Source: Malacoraja senta
Taxonomy: Eukaryota
Length of the DNA stretch: 64,000 nt
Direction of reading: 5' to 3'
NCBI GenBank assembly: GCA_038087875.1
Contig: CM075977.1
Coordinates: 90,148,001-90,212,000 of the forward strand
A program made the translations under genes and the position numbers. How positions within the stretch are numbered: the stretch's first letter is position 1; each line of letters begins with the position of its first letter. Shown here piece after piece: positions 1-11,967 of the stretch. A model generated the notes under the pieces. It did no database searches, had not been told where the DNA came from, and worked only from the letters and a program-made list of their open reading frames with translations.

Positions 1-489
1 AGTAATTTTTAAAAAGAAAATAAGAGGCTAAGCCTTGCCCAAGCAGCTGCAGACCCCTGCCTGTGTATGACAGACATTGGCTGGGTTGGGTGAGTGACTC
101 AGATTCACTGTGGGATGTGAATTCAGTCTGGTAGTTGTACGCTTTGTTTCTCATGAGGCAATGGACTACTGGTGTGTTTACTGTGACAAGGACACACATC
201 CATGGCTCCTCACTTAATGGAAATGACAGCCATTTAAAGACAGGCACATGATATTGTTATTGTAAAGGAAATGTTAAGACTTGGTACATAATCTTTTTTG
301 GGGTTAGAGTCGAGGTGGGGGGTAAATTTCCTGAGGTATGGCTACCTATATAACTATATAGTTTCCATGGGTCCTTGAACAAGAATCTACTGGCCACTCT
401 CAGGATTACACCCCTGTTTTGCCTATATTTGAAGAAAATAACGGCAGATTATTGCCAACTGCTCAGAAGGTGATGGGCTCCAACCTAGG

Positions 490-680
490 GCAACTTTCCT
501 TCCTATAATATAACAAAAGACCCAGGGTGTTTTCTGGGGTGATTATTAAACAAAAAGTTTGACACCAAGTCATTGTGGAGATCCGGGCTTCTCTAAAGAG
601 GAAGGAAAATGAGAGAGACGTTATTGGAGAAAATTTCAGAATATAGAGAGAAGGTAACTAAAGGCAAGGCGATCAGTGGG
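490..680 (-). mobile_element. Old L2-like LINE 3' remnant
   Basis: Degenerate resemblance to recalled L2 3'-end sequence (tttgacacc..., gaaaatttcagaa..., aaggcaaggc); no ORF. Confidence 0.3.
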
Positions 681-1240
681 ACAGTGGTAATAGTGGACCA
701 CAGAGACACAGTGGGAACAGTGGATCACAGAGACACAGTGGGAACAGTGGATCACGGAGACACAGTGGATCACGGAGACACAGTGGATCACGGAGACACA
801 GTGGATCACGGAGGCACAGTGGATCACGGAGACACAGTGGATCATAGAGGCACAGTGGATCACGGAGACACAGTGGATCACGTAGACACAGTGGATCACG
901 GAGACACAGTGGATCACAGAGGCACAGTGGATCAGAGACACAGTGGATCAGAGACACATTTAGAATAGTGGATCACAGAGAAACAGTGGGAACAGGATCA
1001 CGGAGACACAGTGGGAACAGTGGATCATAGAGGCACAGTGGATCAGAGACACATTGGGAATAGTGGATCACAGAGAAACAGTGGATCACAGAGACACAGT
1101 GGATCAGAGACACATTGGCAATAGTGGATCACAGAGACACAGTGGGAATGGGATCACGGAGACACAGTGGGAACAGTGGATCACAGAGACACAGTGGGAA
1201 CAGGATCACAGAAACACAGTGGGAACAGGATCACAGAGCA
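676..1240. repeat. Minisatellite of 18/27-nt units (gtggatcacggagacaca; gtgggaaca insert)
   Basis: Tandem units directly visible; they produce the repetitive DHGDTV/CVSVIH/DPLCLR ORFs. Confidence 0.95.
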
Positions 1241-1543
1241 ACAGATGGTGCAAAGAAAATCAAAATTGCTTGCAGACCCAAACTGGATACCTCATCATTG
1301 TGCATCTTTTCATTTCAGTTCCTTGCAGTAACCCCAATGAGCACTTCACAGGTGTGACAAGTCATTTTGTTTTTTCTCTCTCTCTAGCCCCATCAAGCAG
1401 ACAGCTTCATAAACAATGCATTATCATGGCATCCAAAATATCCCAAACCGATCTGGATACATTACCCTGTCAGACATTTTGTCTTTGTCCCAACCATTTC
1501 TCCCTCGATCTCTGCAACCTAAAACTTGTATGCTTTATCACTT

Positions 1544-1769
1544 AGGTAGACAAAAATGCTGGAGAAACTCAGCGAGTGAGGCAGCATCTATGGAGCGAAG
1601 GAAATAGGCAATGTTTCGGGTTGAAACCCTTCTTCATTGCAACATTTCGGGTCAGTCCTTCTCTCCATAGATTATTTCCTTCGCTCCATAGATGCTGCCT
1701 CACCCGCTGAGTTTCTCCAGCATTTTTGTCTACCTTCGATTTTCCAGCATCTGCAGTTCCTTCTTAAAC
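1544..1769. mobile_element. Palindromic non-autonomous Penelope-terminus element
   Basis: Inverted arms gtagacaaaaatgctggagaaactcagc.../...gctgagtttctccagcatttttgtctac; imperfect TSD atgctttatcactt (1530-1543)/atgttttctcactt (1770-1783); decayed hammerhead motif on minus strand about 1611-1640. Confidence 0.75.
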
Positions 1770-1974
1770 ATGTTTTCTCACTTTTCCAGTTGTGATGAAA
1801 TGTCATTGACTTGAAATGCCCGACTTATTGTTGCCAGAACCACTTATTTACATTTCAGATTTGCATCCTCTGTAATTCTTCAATTTCCACTCCTCAACAT
1901 TGTCTTACCTGAAATAAAGGTAGGGTTTTAGTGAAGATCCACTGGTCTGGTTTAAGGGACAGTGGATTTGCATA

Positions 1975-2540
1975 CTAGGAAAGGTTATGTAGATTAGGCC
2001 TATATATTCCTTGGAATTTAGAATAATGAATGACGGCCTCCTTGAAATTTTTCAAAATGCTAACAGGCCTTGACAAGCTGGAAGCTGGGAGAATGTTTCT
2101 TCTAAAGGGCCTGTCCCACTGTACGAGGTAATTCAAGAATTCTCCCGAGTTTTCCCCTGATTCGATCTCGGAGAATGTCCGTAGCGGGTCCGTAGGAGTT
2201 CGTGGATGACTCGTGGCGGCTCGTACGAGTAAAAAGTAACCATTTTTTTCATCACAAGTATTTTTTTACTCGTGGACATTTTTCACAGTGTTGAAAAAAC
2301 GTCACGAGTTTACCGGATTTACCGAGTTCCTACCGTTACTCGTACGAGCCGCTACGAGACATCCACGAGCTCCTACGGACCAGCTACGGATATTCTCCTA
2401 GTTCGAATCATGGGTAAACTCAGGAGAACTCTTGAATTACCTCGTACAGTGGGACAGGCCCTTAACTGAGTCTAGGTTATCTGGACGGTTCAAGAGTAAC
2501 AGGTAGGGCATTTGGAACTGAGAACAGAAGAAATTTAGAA
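1975..2540 (+). mobile_element. Decayed CR1 3' fragment interrupted by a MITE
   Basis: Similar to the ORF2 C-terminal region of the full CR1 in this window (ttggaatttagaa..., gctggga gaatgttt). Confidence 0.6.
2106..2462. mobile_element. PIF/Harbinger-type MITE
   Basis: TIR agggcctgtcccactgtacgaggtaattcaaga / tcttgaattacctcgtacagtgggacaggccct, long imperfect palindrome, TAA TSD at 2103-2105 and 2463-2465. Confidence 0.85.
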
Positions 2541-2905
2541 ACAAGGAACTGTAGATGCTGGTTTACCAAGGAAACTTCATCAAGCCAGTGTGTTCACCTC
2601 TGGCCTTTGTTCAACTACCTTGCCTGTGTTCATCTATGACCTGCCAAGCTTTGTCCTGCCCCTCCACCCTTCTAGCTATCTTCCCCCCCCCACCCCTGCA
2701 ATTAGTCTGAACAAGGATCCCGACCCGAAACATCACCCATCCACGTTCTCCAAGGATGCTGCCTGACCCAAAATGCTAGAGCAGCTTCCCCATAGCTAAC
2801 AATGAACCATTCTGCATTTCCTTGATCACTGTCTGCTTTGATCTGTCATTTTCACATCTTGTCCTTCCATATCTCTAGTCTCCCTCGCCCCTGACTCTCA
2901 GTCTG
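2537..2905 (+). mobile_element. Penelope terminal-repeat fragments
   Basis: agtctgaacaaggatcccgacccgaaacatcacc (decayed hammerhead, about 2704-2737) followed by gatgctgcctgacc; similar to the termini at 10287-10660 and 18470-18600. Confidence 0.6.
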
Positions 2906-2914
2906 CCACAGTCC

Positions 2915-3540
2915 TCATCAGGAGGACATAGATTCAATGTGTAGGAAAGAACTGCAGACGCTGGTTTAAATCGAAGATAGACACAAAATGCTGGAGTAAC
3001 CCAGCGGGACAGGCAGCATCTCTGGAGAGAAGGATTGGGTCACTCATTCTTTATTTCATCTATTCTTCCTCTCCACAGATGCTGCCTGTCCCGCTGAGTT
3101 ACTCCAGCATTTTGGGCCTATCTTGGACATAGATTCAAGTTCCACACCAGAGAATAAAAGTAATGCCGATATTTTAATGCAGTACTAAAAATTGTTCTAC
3201 ACTGTTGATGATTATTTTATCGGATGATTTTAAATTTGGGATTGAATCACAATCTGGTTTGGGCCCTCTGTTCCCACCTTGATTTTACTTGGTGGTGGGG
3301 GACAGGGCCAAGATAGATTTCTTGTACACTTTTGCCCATTTACCCTTCCAATCATCATTAATACAACTAATCTGGTCACTTATATCACTGTTGCTTGTCA
3401 AACCATGTTGCATGCCAATTGGTTGCTTTGTTCCCACATAATACTTGCATGACTACACTTCAAAATTGCATCATTGCCTCCAATGTGTTTTGTGACATCT
3501 TAAGCCCAAGAAAATAATTGCATGCATCCAACTTCTTTTT
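2915..3540 (+). mobile_element. Old SacSINE1/Deu-domain-like SINE
   Basis: Recognisable blocks tgcagtact, atctggtcactt, aattggttgct, tgactacacttcaaaa; split by a younger insert. Confidence 0.55.
2938..3124. mobile_element. Palindromic Penelope-terminus element
   Basis: Exact 14-bp TSD ggacatagattcaa (2924-2937, 3125-3138); inverted arms aaaatgctggagtaacccagcgggacaggcagcatc / gatgctgcctgtcccgctgagttactccagcatttt. Confidence 0.85.
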
Positions 3541-4023
3541 ATGTTTTTCTTTAGTAAGCTTCTATAACTGCTCTTTTGATGTGCTGTCTTTAGAGAACAT
3601 TGTGTTGTGTGGACATAATTCAATGCTGTTTTCACTTATTGGTCGATTAACATGTTTGAAATAAGTTGCAGTTCAAGTTAGCAACTGGCTTAAAACTTGC
3701 ATCGTTGGAGGCAATGCAAATCACACTGTTGATGCTGATTTTGTGGTTCACTGCATTTTTGACATTACAAGGGTTAAGTTGAACATTGACGTGAAACAAT
3801 GGAGTAGCAATGGGAGCAGCAGTGGCTGTTTTAATAGCACAGTAGCAGTAATAGTGAGTGTGGACAGTACTGAACTTTCTCAATGCCCCGGCAATCCAGG
3901 TTTAAAAGCAAGGATGGAAGAACATTACTGCTGATGATTTTGACAGAGTTTGAATAAAGATATCAGAAAAGTAAGGAGCCAGGAGAAAGACCGATGAGAA
4001 ATCCATCCTCAGTCACAGGTACT

Positions 4024-4565
4024 GTGGCACAGTGTTAGAGTTGCCAGAGACTACATGTGCTGTTTGTATGGAGCTTGTACTGTGACTGCGTGGGTTTTCA
4101 CTGGGTGCTCTGGTTTCCTCCCACATTCCAAAGACGTGCAGGTTTGTAAGTTGATTGGCTTCTGTAAATTGCCCCTAGTGTGTAGGATGAGAAACTGGGA
4201 TAGTAAAGAGCTAGTGTATGGATGATTGTTGGTTGGTGAACTCAGTAGGCTGAAGGGCCTGTTACCACACTGTATCTCTAAACAGGGTGGCATGGTGGTG
4301 CAGCGGTAGAGTTGTTGCCTTACAGCGCTTGCAGCACCAGAGACCCGGGTTCGGTCTCCCCATGACCGCGTTGGTCTTCTCCGAGACACTCCAAAGACGA
4401 TCAAGTTTGTAGGTTAATTGGCTTGGTATAAGTGTAAATTGTCCCCAGTGTAGGATAGAGTTAATGTAAGGAGATCGCAGGGGGGTGCGGACTCGGTGGG
4501 CTGAAAGGCTTGCTTCTGCACTGTATCTGTAAACTAAACTAAATTATAAACTAAACTAAACTACT
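4024..4565 (+). mobile_element. Two tandem HE1/V-SINE-like copies (about 4024-4283 and 4285-4565)
   Basis: tRNA-like head (ggtggtgcagcggtagagttg, gggttcg), V-domain ggtttcctcccacattccaaaga, CR1-like tail gggcctg...ctgtatctctaaa(ctaaa)n. Confidence 0.8.
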
Positions 4566-5366
4566 AAACGTGTAAAAGCAGCTGTGTGGTGCCAACATTT
4601 TGATCCATAGAGTTTAGTGAAATGTAATTTCTGAAGCACAATACAAAATATAACCACATTCATGTTAGACTTCTCCCCTGGGGTTGCTGACTGAAAGTTT
4701 CACTGAGGAAGCGACTGTTACGGGAAATTGGATCACTTTGTGATTTGAAAATCAATTTAATCCAGCATGAATGATATTGTGACCGATTTCAAGTCGAGTT
4801 CCAACAGGGCAGCACCAGTGACTCTGTTAAATCCTAATCTCAGATGCTGTAAGTGTGGAGTTTACAGGTTTTTGTTGGTTTCCTTCCACATCCCAAAGGT
4901 ATGGAGGCCTGTAAGTCAGTTGGCTTCTGTAAATTGCCTCTAGTGTGTAGGGAGTGGATGTGAAAATGGCATAAGATAGAATGTGAACAGATGATCGCGG
5001 TTGCATGGTATGAGGATGCCACTGCTCCTGGAGGAGAGAGGTGACATTTTGCGTAGCACATCGCTATCCTTGAAGGATGATGATCTGCTGACTAGCATCT
5101 CTCTGCCCATGAAGAATAGCAAACTACCTGCAGATGGTACAACATGCTCAGTTGGAACTGCAGTGTGCTCATGAGTGGCATCTGTCTGCAAACTGGTGCC
5201 TCGTGGCCTCTCACCATTCCTGATGGGCAACAACCTGCTCGCTGGCTGGCCGAGACCACCACCTCCCCAGGCAGCATGTTCCAAGTCCCCACAACTCTGT
5301 GTGGGGGAAAACAACTTGCCCCACACATTTCAACTTTTCTCCTCTTCTTCTCAAAGCTATGTGAAA

Positions 5367-5665
5367 GGGCGGCATGGTGGCGCAGCGGTAGAGTTGCTGC
5401 CTTACAATGCCAGAGACCCGGGTTCGATCCTGACTGTACGGAGTTTGTACGTTCTCCCCGTGACCGCGTGGGTTTTCTCCGAGATCTTCGGTTTCCTCCC
5501 ACGCTCCAAAGAAGTAAAGGTTTGTAGGTTTATTGGCTTGGTATAACTGTACATTGTCCCTGGTGTGTGTAGGGTAGTGTTAATGTGCCTGGATTGCTGG
5601 CCAGTGCAGAATCGGTGGGCCGATGGGCCTGTTTCCACGCTGTATCTCTAAACTAAACTAAAACT
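5367..5665 (+). mobile_element. HE1/V-SINE-like element
   Basis: A box ggtggcgcagcggtagag, B box gggttcgatcc, V-domain, (ctaaa)n tail. Confidence 0.9.
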
Positions 5666-6192
5666 GAAGATAGACACCAAAGATAGACACAAAAAGCTGG
5701 AGTAACTCAGCGGGACAATAGACAATGGGTGCTGGAGTAGGCCATTCGGCCCTTCGAGCCAGCACCGCCATTCAATGTGATCATGGCTGATCATCCCCAA
5801 TCAGTACCGCGTTCCTGCCGTCTCCCCTGACTCCGCTATTTTTAAGAGCCCTATCTAGCTCTCTCTTGGAAAGCATCCAGAGAACCTGTGGCAGAGAATT
5901 CCACAGACTCACAACTCTCTGTGATCAAAAGTGTTTCCTCGTCTCCGTTCTAAATGGCTTACTCCTTATTCTTAAACTGTGGCCCCTGGTTCTGGACTCC
6001 CCCAACATCGGCAAACATGTTTCCTGCCTCTAGCGTGTCCAAACCTTTAACAATCTTATATGTTTCTTGGACCCTTGGGTCTCGCCCCGAAACGTCACCT
6101 TCTCTCCAGAGATGCTGCCTGTCCCGCTGAGCTACTCCAGCTTTTTGTGTCTATCTTCGGTTTAAACCAGCATCTGCAGTTCCTTCTTACAT
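5666..6192. mobile_element. Palindromic Penelope-terminus element inserted in the SINE tail
   Basis: Arms gatagacacaaaaagctggagtaactcagcggg / cccgctgagctactccagctttttgtgtctatc; (aaact)n SINE tail on both sides. Confidence 0.75.
5717..6068 (-). mobile_element. CR1 3' fragment nested in the Penelope palindrome
   Basis: ggagtaggccattcggcccttcgagcc 3'UTR and reverse-strand ORF2 C-terminus similar to 20410-20780. Confidence 0.9.
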
Positions 6193-6868
6193 AAAACTAA
6201 AACTAAACTAACGTAGTTCTCCCACCCTCCCTGATCAATCGCAGACTTGCAGTGTTCTGATGGCTTTGCTTGATGGTGTAATATCTTGTTGGAATGTTTC
6301 ATGACAACTAATATGTTCTGTTTTAGAACTCAATTCCAGCGCTATGGTATTGAGAGAATTGGTGACTGAATGCTTTGGCTGGACTTGACTCTTGATCAGC
6401 AGGGGAGCAGAGGAAAATTACCATTCCTAACATTCTTCCAAAAATGAGCACAGTCTTGCCTATTCATTGAGCTATTAGTATAAAACGCAAAACAGCCTTG
6501 TGGTTAAAATACGTTATCATGGTAAACAAAGGCTGTAATTCCCCTTTATAATTTTAATTAAAAATACATACAAATTGTATTGTTGAGTTGTTCTCTTTAC
6601 TTTAAGCAGGATTAACAGAACCTATATTTTTTTGAGAAAGGCTATTTTGTTTTGCCTAAGGCTTTATTAACGATCATTATTAAAGCCAGTGCAATAATGA
6701 TCAGCCACACAGTCAAAAGGGAAAATTAATTAGTGGCCCTGATATTCCTCACTGATGACCCCGATATCTGATCGTGGCTTGTGTTGTCAACTCCAGCAGC
6801 ATGAAAACAACAGGGTGCTTTATTTGCATGAATTGATGGGCACGTGGAATTGGGTGCACTTCGAATGT

Positions 6869-7306
6869 CCTATAACAAACTCATCGGGAAGGCTAGCTCC
6901 ATCCTGGGGGCGGAGTTGGATTCATGGGAGGTGGTCTTGGAGGGGAGGATGCTCCTCAAACTGCGCAGCATCCTGGACAATACAGCTCACCCCGTACATG
7001 ACACACTGGTCAACCTGAGGAGGACCTTCAGCAGCAGACCGGTTCCACCAAGATGCAGCACAGAACGCCACAGGAGATCCTTCTTCCCTGTGGCTATCAA
7101 ACTGCACAACTCCTCCCCATTCTGTCATGGGGTAGACTGAGACTGACTCCCCCCCCCCCCCCCCAATCTTTGCACATCCCAAATCCTTTCCACTCGTCAT
7201 TTTAATTTCTTGTTTCATGTATTTTGTATTTTTGTGTTTTTATGACTGTTGCAGATCAATTGCCCTCCTAGGATAAATAAAGTTCTATCATATTGTATCG
7301 CATCGT
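6869..7306 (+). mobile_element. Rex1/Babar-type LINE 3' fragment
   Basis: Peptide NKLIGKASSILG...HPVHDTL...TERHRRSFFPVAIKLHN typical of Rex1 ORF C-terminus; tail ggataaataaagttctatc plus short repeats. Confidence 0.8.
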
Positions 7307-7657
7307 GCAATCTCCTATCATCTTCACTGTTTTCTTTAACCCCCGAAACAAGGAAGACAAAACAGCTCAATTCCAGCAAAATGAACTTGCCAACCTTGTG
7401 TGTTGCCTGGGCCTTGCAAAGTTTTCAACATACTCAGTTTTACTCAGTATACTAGCCATCACACAAGCCACAGGAGCACAACTCTGTCAAACAATAGAAT
7501 TGTAGAAGGTAGGCAAAACTTCTCACCTTGCAAGACATGAAGGAAACCATTGGAAACAAGACAAATCCTGAGAATCTCGGTTGGTAGAAAAGAAAGATCT
7601 CAAAATACATACAACCACACTGAAAGGCTTGCAGGCTTACTATTATGGGCTTGCTAA

Positions 7658-7945
7658 GGTCGGCAGAGTGGCGCAGCGGTAGACTTGCTGCCTTTCAGCA
7701 CCAGGGACACGGATTCAATCCTAACTATGGGTGCTGTCTGTACAGAGTTTGTACGTTCTTCCTGTGACCATGTTGATTTTCTCCGGGGGCTCCAGTTTCC
7801 CCCCCACACTCCAAAGACGTACAGGTTAGTAGGTTATTTTGGCTTCAGTAAAAATAGTAAATTGTCCCTAGTGTAGCATAGTGCGAGTGTATGGGGATCG
7901 CTGGTCAGCGACGGGCCTTTTTCCGCACTGTACCTCTATGCTAAA
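7658..7945 (+). mobile_element. HE1/V-SINE-like element
   Basis: Same head, V-domain and tail motifs as 5367-5665. Confidence 0.85.
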
Positions 7946-8830
7946 CTATTAGTTACTCTATTTATTACCCAGTACAACCCCCAATTATCTCTTTTTCAGG
8001 TGGTGCCTTTGGATTGAGGGTGATTTCTTTCCTTCTGAGGTGGCTGATGAGGTCAATGTAGGATCCACAGATTATTCCCTAAATATGGTAGAAGGTGCTT
8101 GATGGGACAGCTAGGTTGGGGAGGTGTGGGAGGTGGGGAGAAGATGCTGTGTGGTTTGTGAGGTGGTGCTCTCCTTCTGCCGTTTACGCAGAGTGTCCGT
8201 GCATACCCAATGGATGGACTCAAAGTCTCAGTTCCATTCGAGATGCTCATCACTAAGAGAAGGCATGAGTCAGGACTTCCATGGGGACAAATAAGATGTT
8301 GGCTTTTTTCATGAATCTTTGTTAATCACTTTTTTTTTTAAATCTCTGCTTGATAATGTCTTCCCTTGGCAGAGCTTGGAAAGGAAACACTAATTCGGAA
8401 GTCTGGTGCCAGGCTTGTAAGCCATGTGGTTTATGTTATTTTTAATAACATAAGTACTATCAGAGGTTTCTTGTTTGGGATGTTGGTCTGGTTTGTTTAT
8501 CTTCCTATTGATTCTTTTACAAGCATGTACAAAGACAACATTGGGGATAGTTCCTTGTGTCTCATTATTACCCCTACAGTAGACCACGATGTTGTGCCAG
8601 GCTTGGTATTCAAACACCCATTCCCTTGGTCAGCCAAAGACTATGCGGACGCACGGAGAGCAGTAATGAATTTGACCATCAATGTCTGCCTTCATTGAGA
8701 GGTGGTCCATGTTTTCCAGGGTATTGCCTGGAGATTTGCTGGAGTGTGCTGTTGTACAATGGGGGCAGCTCGTGAGAGGACCTTTGCCTTGCAGTTACAG
8801 AGTGTAAAGCCCATCCTCATATTTGTTTTC

Positions 8831-8927
8831 AGCCTGAAGAAGGGTCCAGCCCGGAAACGTCACCTATATTCTTTCTCCAGAGACGCTGCCTGACCCACTG
8901 AGTTACTCCAGCATCTTGGGGTATATC
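8831..8927 (+). mobile_element. Solo Penelope-terminus insert starting at the hammerhead motif
   Basis: gcctgaagaagggtccagcccggaaacgtcacc...gctgcctgacccactgagttactccagca. Confidence 0.75.
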
Positions 8928-10286
8928 TGTTAGTTGCTTTGTTGAATGTGTCAACAATGATGTGAAGCATATCTTTGAATAAATATCTGCATTGTCTGCA
9001 GGCCACAGCCTGACTAAGGTTGAGGTTACCTTGGTGTTGGAGTTTAGAAGCTGGAATCTGAATAATTTCTCATTAGGCCTGTAGATTAGTCCCACTCCAA
9101 CAGAAAGCTTGTTGTAAGTGAGGCAATGTAGTGAGACAGATTGAGAAAGGTTTTGAGGCAATGATATGGATTTCCTTGGCACTGGTCTTCACTGGCACTG
9201 CAATTCACTCTGCTATGGACCTCTGTTTGGATGTTGGCTTTCTTGCCATCATGAAATAATCGCAAAATTAAATCAATCTTCTCCACCCACCCAAATGTGG
9301 AGAGGATTCGCTACAGTTCCTGCCAGTTGATAAAGCTTTTAATGATATCAAGGGAGGAACCAATTATGACTGGAGAGCACACATGTTAGGTGGTAACTTG
9401 CTGGCGTTATGATGTAAGGATTCTCCAGCACTTTTAAGTCCATCTACAGGCCAAACTTTCCACGTTCCATCGCTCTCCAAAAACAGGTAAACTCATGAAG
9501 TCGACTCACGTTGAAAGGAACACTTTGACAACTTCCTGAATGGTGACTTTGTCCTTGCTGAGAGCTCCGTTGACTTCATGCCACAATAACCATTTCAGTC
9601 GGACTTTACTGTCACCCCTAACAGGCAGGCCATTTCCCAACTCAAAACTAAAAACTAAACTTGGTTGTAAGGAGCTTCAGTCACCAATCCATGTCCTCAT
9701 CGAGGACATCTGGGAGAGGAAGGATGAGCCTGGTGAACTCTGATCTCCTAATCAAAGCCACCCACAAGCAAGGTGACAATGTAGCCAGTTTATGACATTT
9801 CTGTGCCACCGATAAACTAAATAACCATTTCCAATATTAATAGGCATGAAACTTGGATCGGATATCTACTGGCATGGAATTACAATATGTAGTGATCATT
9901 CTATCACTTGTAACATCTAACGTCATTTATTCAAATAGTTATCTTTCCATACGAAGTTGGGAATTTGAAAAAATGAACGTAAATCCCTCTTATATCGAGC
10001 AGTGGAAGAACACCAGATTTCACCTAACCATTAATGAAATTCATTAAAAAATTATGCTGAGATACACATGGTGTAATATAAATAAATGGCTATCATTTAG
10101 GGAAAAAAACAGGTATTTCAAAATAATTGATTAAGATATGGATTTCACCCATTTCAAAAATTTAATAAAGCCCAATTAACATGAGAAATTCTTTGCATCC
10201 TACATTTAAAATTCAAAAGTCTCAAAGGAAAATCTAAAGTTTGGATTTGATTTATACAGCACTAGTCAATACCTGCAAAACATTAG

Positions 10287-11590
10287 GTAGAAATAAAGAA
10301 CTGCAGATGCTGATTTCTCCACAATGTAACCCAAAGATGTGGATAGATTTAAGATATGCACAAAGTGCAGGAGTAACTCGGCGGGACAGGCAGCATCTCT
10401 GGAAGAAAATGATCGGTGATGTTTCGGGTCGAGACCCGAAAGTGGAAGTTGGGGTTTGGCTGGGGGGGTTGTGAGGAGGAAAGAGATGGAGGCGAGAAAA
10501 AAACAGGACCATTCAGGGCCAGCCACAAATGATCTCAGGCAGGGAGGAGCCATGCTCGGCCCATTGTTGGCTAGGGAAGGTGTGATCTGAAGAGGGATAC
10601 AATGTGGTGAACTGTGGAACTGATTAATGACTAGGGTGGAGGAAGGAGGCAAGAGGGGAGGGGACTGTCAGTAGAAGTTATGTAAAATTAGAGAATTCAA
10701 CGTTCATACAGCTGGGTTGTAGGCTACCCAAGCAAAATATGAGGTGCTGTTCCTCCAATTTGCATGTGGCCTCACTCTATCAATTGACGAGACCCAGGAG
10801 AGAAAGATTAATGTGGGAATGGGAAGGGAAATGGCTGGCAACCGAGATCCTGTAGGTCTCGGCAGATTGAACGTAAGTGTTCAGTGAAATGGTTGTCGAG
10901 TCTACGCTGGGTCTCATCGATGTACACGGATGCAGTAGATGCAGGAGAGTAGAGCAAGAACACGTGAACCTCTGTCTCACCTGACAGGACTGTTGGGGTC
11001 CTTGGATGGAGTCAAGGGAGGAGGTATAGGGACAGATGGTCTGGATGGGAATGGATGAATGAACCAAGGAGTTGCAAGGAAGCGATCTCTGTGGAAGGCA
11101 TAAAGGAGTGGAGATGGGAAGATGTGATGGGTGGTGGGATTCTGCAGGAGGTGATGAAAATGCTGGAGGATAATGTGTTGGATGTGGAAGCAGATGGGGT
11201 GAAAGGTGAGGACCAGGAGAACTCTGTCTTTGCTGCATCTGGGAGGAGAGGGAGCAAGAGTAGAACTATGGGACACAGAGGATACATGAGTGAGGGCCCC
11301 ATCTATGACAAAAGGGGGAACCCAGATTCTCTGAAGAATGAGGACACCTCAGTTGTCCTAGTATGGAACACCTCATCTTGGGATCAGATGTGGCGGAGAC
11401 GGAAGAATTGAGAGTAGGGGATAGCATCTTTGCAAGAGGCAGTTCTACCAACTTCCACAAGCTATCTGGACTATACTTCTTCCCATCCCGTCTCTTGCAA
11501 AGATGCTTATTCCCTACTCTCAATACCTCCGTCTCTGCCGCATCTTCTCCCAAGATGAGGTGTTCCATATGAGGACATCCGATATGTTTC
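10287..11590 (-). mobile_element. Decayed Penelope-like element (RT linker, GIY-YIG remnant, 3' terminal repeat)
   Basis: Minus-strand peptides DRVLLVLTFHPICFHIQHIILQHF...IFPSPLLYAFHRDR and QGPQQSCQVRQRFTC; terminal repeat with hammerhead remnant (tttcgggtcgagaccc on plus, about 10422-10437). Confidence 0.85.
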
Positions 11591-11838
11591 AAAATTCTGA
11601 ATGGAATTAAGTTGTAATTGTGAATTTAAACGTCTATGTACTTGGGTTTTTACCATTTGTGTTTATTATAAATAATGCTAGGTTTAAAAAAAAGTATCAG
11701 TGATAGCTCTGTAGTAATTAACTAGATTAATTTACTTGACTTGTGAATAGATGTCCTCCATAGACACACTGCTATCTTCAGTCATATAATTGTGGTTCCA
11801 GAATACCCGTAGAAAAAATTCAAAACAACATTTTCCTT

Positions 11839-11967
11839 ACAAAAGTTCCAATTAAATATGATCGAACATAAGCTCTTTTGCTAAAATAGTGTATTTCAAA
11901 TTGATATTAAAATACACTATTTTAGCAAAAGAGCTTATGTTCGATCATATTTAATTGGAACTTTTGT
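11839..11967. repeat. Perfect 58-bp inverted repeat with 13-nt spacer
   Basis: 11839-11896 is the exact reverse complement of 11910-11967. Confidence 0.95.

Noticed and set aside
609-1545. His/Asp- and Cys-rich repetitive ORFs as real proteins, or the array as CRISPR
   Set aside because: By-products of a 9n-period minisatellite; no unique spacers, no cas genes, eukaryotic context
5367-5440. tRNA genes at SINE heads
   Set aside because: A/B boxes run into V-domain and LINE tail; SINE-derived, no full cloverleaf
8000-9750. Possible ancient RTE/L2 coding remnants (also 5010-5250 and 12170-13420)
   Set aside because: Too degraded to assign without a database search
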